Origin: Spirochaetia bacterium
GTDB lineage: Bacteria > Spirochaetota > Spirochaetia > SZUA-6 > Bin103
Length of the DNA stretch: 64,000 nt
Assembly (NCBI GenBank): GCA_965198005.1
Contig: CBDAOI010000004.1
Location: 2,208,001 to 2,272,000 of the forward strand
Reading direction: 5' to 3'
The number at the start of each line of letters is the position of its first letter. Position 1 is the stretch's first letter. Of this stretch, positions 52,347 to 62,428 are shown in pieces. A model generated the notes under the pieces. That model had not been told where the DNA came from. It ran no database searches and worked only from the letters and a program-made list of their open reading frames with translations. The position numbers and the translations under genes are program-made.

Positions 52347-52623
52347 GCCGCACACTTCGATCTTGATGGCGCCTGAGCGAGATCGCGTGTGGTGTACGGG
52401 CGGTGCGTGGCGCGGGTGCGTGGCTTGACGCCGGCGGTGCGGGCACTTACCGTTGCGCCGTGCCGCTCCACTCACTCGACCCACTCGATCCGAAGGTGAC
52501 GCAATTCATCCAGGACAACCCCCAAGGGGTGCTGACCACCTACCGTCGGAACGGCAAGGCGCAGATGAGCATCGTCACCGTCCGTCCGCACCGTGGGGTG
52601 ATCGGCGTGTCGATTGCCGAGAG
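52347..52623 (+). pseudogene. Third, truncated PPOX copy with its promoter
   Basis: Matches 50696-50981. Confidence 0.85.
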
Positions 52624-52660
52624 TCTTCCGGCTGGGCCGCAAGGCTGGTGATTGCTGGTG

Positions 52661-53866
52661 ATGGTTGACGCGGCACTCCGAAAACGCGCCGAGCGCGTGA
52701 TCCCCGGCGGCATGTACGGCCACATGTCAGTTTATCGGAAGATGCCGGCGGGCTATCCCCAGTTCTATCACCGGGCCGACGGCTGCCGCCTCTGGGACGT
52801 GGACGGCAACGAGTACATCGACTTCATGTGCGCCTTTGGCCCGATGATCGCCGGCTACGGCAACCCGCGGATCGCCGCGGCTGCCGGCGCGCAGCGGGAC
52901 CTGCTGGACATCGCCAACGGCCCGCCGCCGGCCATGGTCGACCTGGCTGAACGCTTCGTGCGCCAGGTAAGCCACGCCGACTGGGCAATCTTCGCGAAGA
53001 ACGGCAACGATGCCACCACCGTGTGCAACATGGTGGCCCGCGCCAGGAGTGAGAAGCGAAACATCCTGGTCGCGACCGGCGCGTACCACGGCGCACAGCC
53101 GTGGGCGAATCGGATGTCGCGCGGAACGCCGGAAGAGGACCACGCGTTGTTTCCGCAGTACACCTACAACGACGTCGACAGCCTGACCGCGGCTGCCGCG
53201 GCGGTCTCGGGAGACCTCGCGGGCATCGTGGTCTCGGCGTTCAAGCACGACGCCGGCTACCACCAGGAGCTCCCCGACCCCGCCTTCGCCCGCCAGGCGC
53301 GCGCGATCTGCGACGCCGAGGGTGCAGCGCTCATCCTGGATGATGTCCGCGCCGGACTGCGCCTGTCCCTGGATGCAAGCTGGTCGTTGCTGGGAATCCA
53401 GCCTGACCTCTCGGCCTGGGGGAAGGCGATCGCCAACGGCGAGCCGCTGGCGGCCATCCTCGGCAGCGAGCCCTACCGCGAAGTGGCCGCGTCCATCTTC
53501 GTGACGGGATCGCTCTGGTACCAGGGGGCGCCGCTGGCGGCGGCCAGCGAGACGCTCGAGCTGCTTGCCGAGGTGGACGCTCCGGCCCTGCTGGAGCGCA
53601 GGGGTCAACTGTTCCGCGACGGCCTCGCGGAGCAGTCCACCCGTTACGGCCACGCGCTCCGCCAGACCGGCCCCCCGCAGATGCCCACCGTCATGTTCGA
53701 GGACGACCCGAAGCGGGAGAAGGGCATGGCGTTCTGCACCCACGCCCTGAACAACGGCGTCTACCTGCACCCGTGGCACAACATGTTCCTGTCGATCGCG
53801 CACACCGAAGCCGACCTCGAGCAGGCGCTGACCGCAACCGCGAAGGCGTTCCAGGCTCTCGGATAG
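52661..53866 (+). CDS. Class III PLP aminotransferase (GSA-aminomutase-like)
   Basis: DVDGNEYID, LILDDVRAG and WGKAIANG. Confidence 0.88.
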   Translation: MVDAALRKRAERVIPGGMYGHMSVYRKMPAGYPQFYHRADGCRLWDVDGNEYIDFMCAFGPMIAGYGNPRIAAAAGAQRDLLDIANGPPPAMVDLAERFVRQVSHADWAIFAKNGNDATTVCNMVARARSEKRNILVATGAYHGAQPWANRMSRGTPEEDHALFPQYTYNDVDSLTAAAAAVSGDLAGIVVSAFKHDAGYHQELPDPAFARQARAICDAEGAALILDDVRAGLRLSLDASWSLLGIQPDLSAWGKAIANGEPLAAILGSEPYREVAASIFVTGSLWYQGAPLAAASETLELLAEVDAPALLERRGQLFRDGLAEQSTRYGHALRQTGPPQMPTVMFEDDPKREKGMAFCTHALNNGVYLHPWHNMFLSIAHTEADLEQALTATAKAFQALG

Positions 53867-53907
53867 CTCTTGCGACCGTAACGCCGGTCGGCCAACGGCG
53901 CGGCTGG

Positions 53908-53975
53908 TCAGCCCAGGGACAGGGTCTCCGGCACGAACAGTTCCTCCGCGGCAACCGCCTGCGGTATCGCGTTCT
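53908..53975 (-). pseudogene. Decarboxylase-like gene 3' tail, copy 2
   Basis: IPQAVAAEELFVPETLSLG*. Confidence 0.7.
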
Positions 53976-53995
53976 GCGAAGGTTCCACACGCCGC

Positions 53996-54024
53996 TTGAC
54001 GGCTGTTGCGGCGTCGGCTATGGA
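53996..54024 (+). promoter_or_regulatory. Sigma70-type promoter fused directly to the binding-protein CDS
   Basis: TTGACG-17bp-TATGGA. Confidence 0.6.
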
Positions 54025-55741
54025 GCAGCCGGCCGCGGCCATGGAGAAGGAGATGGTGCTCGACCCGACCACCGGCGAGATGGTCACCGCCCCGGAGTAC
54101 GGCGGGACAATAACCTTCGTCGTCAAGCTGGAGCCGCCGAGTGCCGACCCCTTGTTCGGCAGCGGGGCGTCACGGGGACCCGATGGCGTCACCGAGAAGC
54201 TGGGCATCGTCAACTGGGGAATCGACCGGGAGGTGTACGACCTCACCGGTGCGTTCTTCTACTTCCGGCTGTCGGTCCTGACCGGCCGGCTGGCGGAAAG
54301 CTGGGAAACGCCTGACGCCACCACCGCCATCTTCAACATTCGCCGGGGCGTTCACTGGCACGACAAGGCGCCGATGAACGGTCGCGAGTTGACGGCCGGG
54401 GACGTCGAATTCAACTTTCACCGCATGTCGGGCAGTGGCAGCGGCTTCACCGAGCCTCCCGGAGGCTACGCCGCCATTTTTGCCACCCTGCCGTTCGCAT
54501 CAATCGAAGCCACCGACGACCACACGGTCGTAATGACCCTGTCGGAACCAAGGCTCGGGTGGGTATCGTCGGTCCTGGTCGACTGGGCGGCGCACGTCAT
54601 GCCCCCGGAGGTGATCAGGGAACACGGCGACGTGAAGGACTGGAGGAACCTGGTGGGTACCGGGCCTTTCATGATGACGGACTGGGTGGACGGCAGCTCG
54701 CAGACCTGGGTCAGAAGTCCGGACTACTGGGGCTTCGACGAGAAATTCCCCGAGAACCGCTTGCCCTATTTCGATGAAGTGCACGGCCTGATCATGAAGG
54801 AAGACGCTACCATTCTGGCCGCACTGCGTTCGGGCACGTTGGACTACGTCGGTTTGGTTGGCGCCGCCGAGATGATCTATACGGCCCAGAAAGAGAGTCT
54901 CGAGCAGTCCAACCCCGACATGCTGTTTTACCCGTACGCGGGTCGCTCGGAGAATGCCATGACGTACAACATGGGCGATGACCAGCCGTACGCCACGGAC
55001 GTCCGGGTGCGCCGGGCGTTGCAGATGGCGCTCGACCTCGAGACGATGCACGATACCTACTTCAAAGGAGCATCCTTCTGGGTACCTCAGGGCACGGTCG
55101 GCAACGCCATCGGCGGGGTCCCATTTGACGAGTGGCCCGAAGAGGTCCGGAAGGGATACATGTATGACCCGGAAGGGGCCGAGGCGCTGCTTGACGAGGC
55201 GGGGTTGCCGCGCGGCGCCGACGGCACCAGATTCGAAATCGCGCTGCAACACTACGAGTTCTTCGACGTGGACTACGCGCAATTGGCCGTCGCCTACTGG
55301 AAGGAGATCGGCGTTGACGTACAGATCGACGTGACGGAACGCAGTGAACACTTGGCCCGTATCCGGGAACGTGGGTTCGAGGGAATGGTCAGCGCGATTT
55401 CCGCCATTTCGTATCTGTCCCCGCTGGTGGCGATCGGCTCCAATTATTCGCAGTCGGCATGGAACCCTCCCGGCCTCGACGACCCGGAGTTCGACCGCCT
55501 GTATGAAGCCGCCCGCGACGCCGCCACCGAGGAGGAGCAGATACGGATGGCCAACCTGGCAGACATGTGGCTGACGGAGAATCACATACGCGTATGGGGG
55601 CCTACCGCTCCCAAGTTCAACGCGGTCCAGCCGTGGCTCAAGGGGTACAACGGTGAATCAATGCTGGGGGGCGATGACCGGTTGGTTCTGTTCTCTCGCC
55701 TCTGGTTCGACCATGCCCTGATGGAGGAAATGGGTCAGTAG
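54020..55741 (+). CDS. ABC family-5 substrate-binding protein lacking a signal peptide
   Basis: Starts at EQPAAAMEKEMVLDPTTGE..PEYGG. Confidence 0.85.
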   Translation: MEQPAAAMEKEMVLDPTTGEMVTAPEYGGTITFVVKLEPPSADPLFGSGASRGPDGVTEKLGIVNWGIDREVYDLTGAFFYFRLSVLTGRLAESWETPDATTAIFNIRRGVHWHDKAPMNGRELTAGDVEFNFHRMSGSGSGFTEPPGGYAAIFATLPFASIEATDDHTVVMTLSEPRLGWVSSVLVDWAAHVMPPEVIREHGDVKDWRNLVGTGPFMMTDWVDGSSQTWVRSPDYWGFDEKFPENRLPYFDEVHGLIMKEDATILAALRSGTLDYVGLVGAAEMIYTAQKESLEQSNPDMLFYPYAGRSENAMTYNMGDDQPYATDVRVRRALQMALDLETMHDTYFKGASFWVPQGTVGNAIGGVPFDEWPEEVRKGYMYDPEGAEALLDEAGLPRGADGTRFEIALQHYEFFDVDYAQLAVAYWKEIGVDVQIDVTERSEHLARIRERGFEGMVSAISAISYLSPLVAIGSNYSQSAWNPPGLDDPEFDRLYEAARDAATEEEQIRMANLADMWLTENHIRVWGPTAPKFNAVQPWLKGYNGESMLGGDDRLVLFSRLWFDHALMEEMGQ

Positions 55742-55793
55742 GGACTACGCAGAGTCGGGAGGCTCAGCTTCCCGGCTCTCTTGGTTGCATCAC

Positions 55794-56749
55794 ATGAGAG
55801 CGTACGTCGTCAGGCGGATACTGCTCATCATTCCCACCCTGTTCCTGCTGAGCATCCTGGTCTTCCTGTCGGCGCGCTTCATTCCCGGCGACATCGTGGA
55901 CACCATGATGGCGTCTGACCAGAACGCCATGTTCGGCGTGGACCGTGAGGCGTTGCTGCGTGCGCTGGGGCTGGACGTGCCGGTCCACGTGCAGTACGGA
56001 CGCTGGCTGGAGGGGATTCTGCTGCGCGGTACCCTCGGCAACTCGCTGCTCGGCGATTGGCCGGTGGAGGAGAAGATCGCGGGCAGGCTCCCGGTCACGC
56101 TCGAGCTCGGCTTCCTGGCGCTCGTGATCGGGCTGGTGCTGGGGGTGCCGATCGGCATCTGGTCGGCGATTCACCAGGATACCACCGTCGACTACGCGGG
56201 CCGTTCGGTCGCCATCCTCGGCTTGGCCACGCCCAACTTCTGGCTCGGAATCATGGTTATGACCTATCCGGTGATCTGGTGGGGTTGGACGCCACGGATG
56301 CAGCTCATTCCGTTCGCCGAGAATCCGCTGGAGAATCTCGAGATGTTCATCATTCCCGGCCTGATTCTCGGTACGGCCCTGTCGGCCGCCACCATGCGGA
56401 TGACGCGCACGATGATGCTGGAGGTGCTGCGCCAGGACTATATCAGGACCGCCTGGTCCAAGGGATTGCGGGAGCGGGTCGTGGTCATCCGGCACGCCGT
56501 CAAGAACGCCCTCATTCCGTCGTGACCCTGATCGGCCTGCAGTTGCCGATCCTGGTCGGCGGCGCCGTCATCATGGAGAATATCTTCAACCTGCCGGGCC
56601 TCGGGCGTCTCATGCTGACCGCGCTCACCGACCGCGACTACCCGGTGATCTCGGGCATCAACCTGTTCTTCGGGACGGTGGTGATCGGGATCAATCTGAT
56701 GATCGACCTGATCTACGGCTACCTGGATCCCCGGGTCCGCTACACCTAG
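55794..56749 (+). CDS. Dpp/Opp permease B, -1 frameshift near 56519
   Basis: NALIP/VTLIGLQ split across frames. Confidence 0.85.
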
Positions 56750-56755
56750 CCAGGT

Positions 56756-57712
56756 ATGGGGACCGAGCGTATGGGGGACGCCGCAAGGACACCATCAGCG
56801 GGGCTGGTTCACTTTCTGGTCCGGCTGTGGCGCGAGAAGCCGCTCGGCACCGCCGGCGGCGTGGTCGTGTTGGGCTTGATTCTGGTGGCGATCTTCGCCG
56901 ACGTGCTGGCCCCCTATCCGTTCGATGAAGTGCACCTGAGAGCGCTGCTGAAACCGCCGTCGGCCGAGCATCTGATGGGTACCGACCAGTTGGGGCGCGA
57001 CTTCCTGAGCCGCAACATCCACGGGGCTCGGGTTTCCATGCTCGTGGGCGTGGTCGCGACCAGCCTCAACGTGCTGGTTGCGGTGCTGATCGGCGGCACG
57101 GCCGGATTCTTCGGCGGCAAACTGGACCTGGTGGTGCAGCGGTTTGTCGACGCCTGGATGGCGTTTCCGGGTCTGCTGCTGTTGCTGACGATCATGTCGC
57201 TGGTCGGACAGGGCCTGCTGCAGCTCATCCTGGTGCTGGGCGTCACGGGCGGCGTGGTGGCTTCGCGGCTGGTCCGAAGCGCCGTGATCGCGGTCAAGGA
57301 GAACGACTACCTGCAGGCGGCCACGGCCACCGGCAGCACCCGAATGGGAGCGCTGGTGCGCCACGTGCTGCCCAACGTGGCGGCGCCGATCATCGTCGTG
57401 TTCAGCATCAACATCGGCGCGGTGATCATCAGCGAGGCGTCGCTGAGTTTCCTGGGGTTCGGTCTGTCGCCCGAGATTCCGAGCTGGGGGACGCTGCTGA
57501 GCCGGGACGGCCGCAAGTACATGGAGCAGGCGCCGTGGCTGGCGCTGTGGCCCGGCCTGTGCCTGACCCTCACCGTCTACAGTCTCAACATGTTCGGCGA
57601 CGCGCTGCGCGACCTGCTGGACCCGCGCCTGCGGGGCGGCGGCGGCCGTCTCGGAACCCACCGCGGCCGGCGGTCGCGGCCCAAACCCGGTCGCAGCCGG
57701 TCACGCGGGTGA
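56756..57712 (+). CDS. Dpp/Opp permease C
   Basis: MGTDQLGRD and GDALRDLLDPR. Confidence 0.92.
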   Translation: MGTERMGDAARTPSAGLVHFLVRLWREKPLGTAGGVVVLGLILVAIFADVLAPYPFDEVHLRALLKPPSAEHLMGTDQLGRDFLSRNIHGARVSMLVGVVATSLNVLVAVLIGGTAGFFGGKLDLVVQRFVDAWMAFPGLLLLLTIMSLVGQGLLQLILVLGVTGGVVASRLVRSAVIAVKENDYLQAATATGSTRMGALVRHVLPNVAAPIIVVFSINIGAVIISEASLSFLGFGLSPEIPSWGTLLSRDGRKYMEQAPWLALWPGLCLTLTVYSLNMFGDALRDLLDPRLRGGGGRLGTHRGRRSRPKPGRSRSRG

Positions 57713-57783
57713 GAGCACCTGGTCGATCCCGACGACGCTAACCAGTCTATCAGCCGTTGACATCGACTGACGTGACACATACC

Positions 57784-58791
57784 ATGGCCCAAGCCATGGC
57801 CGGCGAGGTCTCCAAGCCCCACGATCACCTGTTCCGTTCCGTGTTCGGACAGGAAAAGGAAACCGAGGCCGTCAGCTTGCTGCAAGCATACCTGCCGCAG
57901 GCGGTCAGCCGCGAATTGCTGTGGTCGAGCCTCAAGTGGCAGTCGGTGAGCTTCATCGACGACCGCCTGCGCGACAGCGAATCGGACCTGCTGTACGCGA
58001 TCCGGCGCAAGGCCGACGGCGCCGCGGCGTGGCTGTACGTGCTGCTGGAGCACCAGTCGACCCCGGACCCGTGGTTGCGGCTGCGGCTGCTGAAGTACAG
58101 CATCCGGATCTGGGAACGCGATCGGCAGCGGCATCCGAAGGAGGACCGGTTGCGCCCGATCGTGCCGCTGGTTCTGTATCAGGGCGGGCGCGTCTGGCGC
58201 GAAGCGCGCGAGTTTGCGGAACTGTTTGCCGAGGCGGTGCGGGGTTGGCCGGGAGTGCCGCGCTACGCGCATCTGTTGATCGACCAGACGCAGGTGGGAC
58301 CGGAGGAGTTGCGCGGGGAGCTGCTTGGTCGCATCGCGCAACTGGCGATGATGGCGGCGTTCCGGGCGAGTTGGCCGGTGTTGCAGCGGCTGGTGCCGCT
58401 GCTGGCGGAGTTGGCGCAGGTGGGCGGCAGCGAAGACCTGCGGCGGATCGTGGTGTACATTGCGACCACGACGCGGGAACCGGAGCGCTGGCACAGATTC
58501 GCGGAGGCAGTACGGCGACAGGTGCCGGGAGGTGGAGAACTGATGAACAAGACCGAGGAGATGATCGAGATCTACGGCGACATGAGGGAACGTGAAGGAC
58601 GTCAGGAAGGACGTCAGGAAGGACATCAGGAAGGTGAGTTACGCGGCAAGGTGCAAACCATCGACGGACTCGTGGCACGGGATGTCCCCTGGTCCATCAT
58701 CGAAGCGGCCACCGGAATCGACGAGGCCACCTTCGACCGGCTCAAGCACCAACTCGACGCCGCTGACGGCGGCGCCACCCACTCCAACTGA
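57784..58791 (+). CDS. Rpn family nuclease, intact copy 3
   Basis: PHDHLF, SDLLY, LLEHQS, PIVPLVLY and EGRQ repeats. Confidence 0.9.
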   Translation: MAQAMAGEVSKPHDHLFRSVFGQEKETEAVSLLQAYLPQAVSRELLWSSLKWQSVSFIDDRLRDSESDLLYAIRRKADGAAAWLYVLLEHQSTPDPWLRLRLLKYSIRIWERDRQRHPKEDRLRPIVPLVLYQGGRVWREAREFAELFAEAVRGWPGVPRYAHLLIDQTQVGPEELRGELLGRIAQLAMMAAFRASWPVLQRLVPLLAELAQVGGSEDLRRIVVYIATTTREPERWHRFAEAVRRQVPGGGELMNKTEEMIEIYGDMREREGRQEGRQEGHQEGELRGKVQTIDGLVARDVPWSIIEAATGIDEATFDRLKHQLDAADGGATHSN

Positions 58792-59014
58792 ACCACGCCC
58801 CTCGGCGCCCGGTGGGCGCGCCCTCGATCACCTCATCTTCTGTGAGCTGGGCCTCACTCTATGGCACACGACCGTGGAAGCGGCACGACGCTGCACTTTC
58901 TCCGGCCCCGCCACGAATGCCCGTTGACCGCACGCCCGGACGCGGTCGGTGGGGATGGGACGAAAGCGGCGCCGACAGGCGATGGTTTCGGGGGCGCTTG
59001 CACGTCAGGAGGCG

Positions 59015-59325
59015 CCGTGAACCGTATGAAGGTCTCCGGAGTGTTGCGCGAACGCTCGATGCCGTAGGGCAAGGGGTCGTCGCCCACGGTCTCCGCCATC
59101 GTCCGCAGCGACCGATCCCCGGCGTCATCGGCGGCGCCGGACCGCAGGCGAGGCAGGTATTGAGACTTGGCTTCGTTGAACAGGCGGAACAGCTCGGTTG
59201 CGAGACCCTCGTTCGACGCCAGCGCGGCGTCCTTCGCCACCAGCAAGTGGCTTATGGGATAGACCCCGGTCTGGCGGTGCCAGGCGTCGTCGGCCTGTTT
59301 GTTGCGCGACGACACCACATTGGCC
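59015..59325 (-). pseudogene. Decarboxylase-like remnant, copy 3
   Basis: TGVYPISHLLV and GDDPLPYG. Confidence 0.7.
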
Positions 59326-59332
59326 GGCGCGA

Positions 59333-59447
59333 CGCCCGCGCGCTCCGTACCGTCTCGGACCGGTTACTCTCCGTGGCCTGCGCGATGCTGCGAGATCGAA
59401 CCCAGTTTGATCCACAGCACCGGTCTGCCCGACCGATTCCAGCCTGA
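59333..59447 (+). mobile_element. IS110-family transposase C-terminal remnant
   Basis: RALRTVSDRLLSVACAMLRDRTQFDP. Confidence 0.55.
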
Positions 59448-59659
59448 TCGCAGGTAGTGCGCCGGGCGAAAGATGGTCGGCGGCGCGGCCGACGCGAAGC
59501 CAGCGGCGCTGGGAATCGGCTCTGACGGGAGTTTCAGGGGGTGCCGGCACCGGAGACGATTGCGAACACCTGCTTCCAGGGTATGGCCGATCCGACGCCG
59601 CGTTGATTACGGACGATCTGTGAGCGCTTGACGCACTGATGGCGCGAGACCGACCGCGC

Positions 59660-60280
59660 GAGGCGGCTGGAGCGGGGAGGTAACTGGTGCGTGCGCCGGT
59701 CCCGCCGTCGGTTATGGAACGCGCAGCGGAGACGCAAGTTGACGATCTCGTCACTGCCGCCCTGCGCCACCGGCACGATGTGGTCGATCTGCAACAGGTG
59801 GGTAGAGCCGCAGGTCACGCCGGTGAGCGGGTCCTGGTAGCAGCAAGCCCCGCCGTCCCTCCGCCACACCGCGCGCCGTACCGCCGCCGGAATGTGCCGC
59901 CGCCTCCAGCGCGCGCGGATTCGGGTGCTGCGGCCCGCGTTGCCGCGCCGCCTCCGGGCAGCCGTGCTCGCACCCCCAGGTGCTGCTCCGCCTGGGTCCG
60001 CGAACCAACGCCGCCTGCCTGCGGCGGCGGCTGGTTCTGCGCCGAACCAGTGATGTCGCGCCGACCCTGCTCGCGGCCCAGGGCCGCTACCCGCTGCGCT
60101 CCCCGGTTCGGCGCCGAACCGACGCCGCGTGTGTCGCCGAGGCCGGCGGCGGCCGGTCCGCCTGCGGGCAAGCCGCCATCGACCGAGCCGGGGGCAGCAG
60201 TACCGGCTGCGGGGGCACCGGCATCCGGACCCGTGGCGACTGAACCGCGGGCAGCCCCGGTCGCGGGCATACCCTCGCCA
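59660..60280 (-). pseudogene. HNH endonuclease C-terminal remnant
   Basis: QIDHIVPVAQGG...NLRLRCAFHN. Confidence 0.7.
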
Positions 60281-60283
60281 AGC

Positions 60284-60370
60284 TCAGAGACTACCCGATC
60301 GTGTCCGGCGTCAACCTGGTGTTCGCCACCGTGGTGGTGGCGGTCAATCTGGGCACCGACCAGTTGGGCC
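60284..60370 (+). pseudogene. Permease B tail fused to a permease C snippet
   Basis: RDYPIVSGVNLVF...VNL joined to GTDQLG. Confidence 0.8.
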
Positions 60371-60387
60371 TCAGACGCCTCAGACGA

Positions 60388-60415
60388 TTGACGTACCAGC
60401 CCACGTACGTACAAT
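60388..60415 (+). promoter_or_regulatory. yefM-yoeB promoter/operator
   Basis: TTGACG-16bp-TACAAT with overlapping GTAC palindromes. Confidence 0.6.
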
Positions 60416-60461
60416 ACCATGTGCGGAGGTGCAACACTTGCACGTCAGGAGGCGTAAGGGC

Positions 60462-60743
60462 GTGGCGAATGAGCGGATAACGAACTACACGGCGGCGCGT
60501 CAAAACCTCAAGTCGCTGATGGACGCCGTGATCGAAGATCGAGTGCCGGTGATCATCACGCGGACAACGGGCGATCCGGTCGTCATGATGGCCAAGTCCG
60601 AGTACGACGCAACGATGGAGACCTTCCATCTGCTGCGCTCCCCGCGCAACGCGGAGCGTCTGCGCGAGGCAATCGCCGAGGTCGAAGCCGGCAAGGTCGT
60701 CCAGGCCGACGTCGTCGATGGGGCAATCGTAGAGCGCGCGTGA
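60462..60743 (+). CDS. yefM: YefM antitoxin
   Basis: YTAARQNL and ETFHLLRSPRNAERL. Confidence 0.9.
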   Translation: MANERITNYTAARQNLKSLMDAVIEDRVPVIITRTTGDPVVMMAKSEYDATMETFHLLRSPRNAERLREAIAEVEAGKVVQADVVDGAIVERA

Positions 60744-61015
60744 AACGGCCAGCCCGCCCGGCGGTCATCGCTTTCTCACGGCAGGCATGGGAAGATTACC
60801 AAGCTTGGGTCCAGCACGACCGAACGGTGGCACGGCGAATCGCACGTCTGATCGAGGAGTGCCTGCGCGACCCGTTCCACGGGATCGGAACCCCGGAGCC
60901 TCTGAAGCATGAGCTCGCCGGCTATTGGTCGCGCCGGATCACGCGGGAACACCGGCTCGTGTACCGAGTCGCGGGCGGTCGGTGCCTGGTCGTCCAGGGT
61001 CGCTACCACTACTGA
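60740..61015 (+). CDS. yoeB: Txe/YoeB toxin
   Basis: AWEDY, GIG.PEPLK, WSRRI..EHRLVY and RYHY. Confidence 0.92.
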   Translation: MKRPARPAVIAFSRQAWEDYQAWVQHDRTVARRIARLIEECLRDPFHGIGTPEPLKHELAGYWSRRITREHRLVYRVAGGRCLVVQGRYHY

Positions 61016-61028
61016 TGCTGAGACACGA

Positions 61029-61093
61029 GCCTCGCTGAGCTTCCTCGGGTTCGGGCTGCCTACCACCGTGCCGAGCTGGGGCGGCATGCTCAG
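61029..61093 (+). pseudogene. Permease C snippet
   Basis: ASLSFLGFGLPTTVPSWGGML. Confidence 0.8.
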
Positions 61094-61136
61094 AAGCGTG
61101 ACCGCCGCAACGCCGGGCGGCCAAGGGCGTGGGTGG

Positions 61137-61392
61137 TCAGCCCAGGGACAGGGTCTCCGGCGCGAACAGGTCAGCCGGGGCTATTGCCTGCGGTAGCACG
61201 TTCTGCTCGACGTTGAAGCGTATGAAGGTCCAGAGTCTTGCGCGAACTCTCGACTCCGTAGGGCAAGGGGTCGTCGCCGACCGTCTCCGCCATCTTCCGC
61301 AGCGACCGATCCCAAGCGTCGGCGGCGTCGCCGGACCGCAAGCGGGGCAGGTATCGCGACTTGGCTTCGTCGAACAGGCGGAACAGCTCGGC
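61137..61392 (-). pseudogene. Decarboxylase-like remnant, copy 4
   Basis: TFIRFNVEQNVLPQAIAPADLFAPETLSLG*. Confidence 0.7.
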
Positions 61393-61435
61393 ACGCTTGG
61401 TTGCACGCCGTACGCCAATTGGCTATAAACAAGGC

Positions 61436-61759
61436 ATGGCGATCACGCAACTCGTGCGCGAGGCGCGCCGGCGCGCCGGGCTCAGTCAGGCCGAGTTGGC
61501 GCGGCGTGCCGGAGTCGCACAGTCGACGGTGGGGCGGATCGAAAGTGGTCTGCGTGCACCTTCCACCGACCTCGCGGAGCGGCTGGTGCAGGCGGCCGGC
61601 TTCGAAATCAGGGTGGCGCTCGGCGAGCCGGACCCACAGACCGACGCGCTGTTCGAGCGCGCGCTGCGCCGCACCCCCGCCCAGCGGCTGGCGGACGCCA
61701 CCCGCGCGGCCCGCTTCGTGCTGCGCGGACGCCGCGCGCTGAAACGCGAGAGGCGGTGA
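61436..61759 (+). CDS. XRE-family HTH protein (putative antitoxin)
   Basis: GLSQAELARRAGVAQSTVGRIESG. Confidence 0.85.
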   Translation: MAITQLVREARRRAGLSQAELARRAGVAQSTVGRIESGLRAPSTDLAERLVQAAGFEIRVALGEPDPQTDALFERALRRTPAQRLADATRAARFVLRGRRALKRERR

Positions 61760-62268
61760 CGGGCGGCGAATTCGACCCGGTGCGGATGCTCGCCGCGTTG
61801 CGCGAGGCGGGCGTCCAATTCGTGCTGGTCGGCGGCATGGCGGCCATCCTGCACGGCGACGTGGGTGTGACGGTCGATCTGGACGTGGTGCCGGCGCGGG
61901 CCGCGCGCAACCTGGACCGGTTGGCCGCGGCCCTGCGCACGCTCGGGGCGCGCATTCGGGCTGCCGACGTGCCCGCGGGGTTGCCGTTCGACTGCTCCGG
62001 CGGTTTTTTCCGGAATTTCGCGGAGGACGCGATCCTGAACCTCAGCACGCGGGCCGGAGACCTCGACCTCATGTTCCGCCCGAGCGGCACGCAAGGCTAC
62101 GCCGATCTGAAGCGGGCTGCGGTGGAAATCGAAGCGGCGGAGGGCGTGCGCATCCTCGTTGCCTCGCTGGCGGATATCGTTCGTTCCAAGGAAGCCGCCA
62201 ATCGGGAGAAGGATCGCCTCGCCGTGCCGCGGCTCCGCCGACTACGCGACCGGCTGGGACGGGAGTAA
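61756..62268 (+). CDS. Nucleotidyltransferase-fold protein (putative toxin)
   Basis: VLVGG.AAILHG...TVDLD and SKEAANREKD. Confidence 0.75.
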   Translation: MTGGEFDPVRMLAALREAGVQFVLVGGMAAILHGDVGVTVDLDVVPARAARNLDRLAAALRTLGARIRAADVPAGLPFDCSGGFFRNFAEDAILNLSTRAGDLDLMFRPSGTQGYADLKRAAVEIEAAEGVRILVASLADIVRSKEAANREKDRLAVPRLRRLRDRLGRE

Positions 62269-62428
62269 GGCGTCCCCGGCCGGCTGACCGGGGCGACCGC
62301 GCCCGACCAACTGCGCCGTGGGTGCGCCGCAGCCGGCCACGGGGCGATGTGGCACAAGCCGTGGGCCGGCCTGTGCTATACTGGCGAGGGTCGGATGGCA
62401 CCCCCACATCTACTGGTCAAGCATTTTA

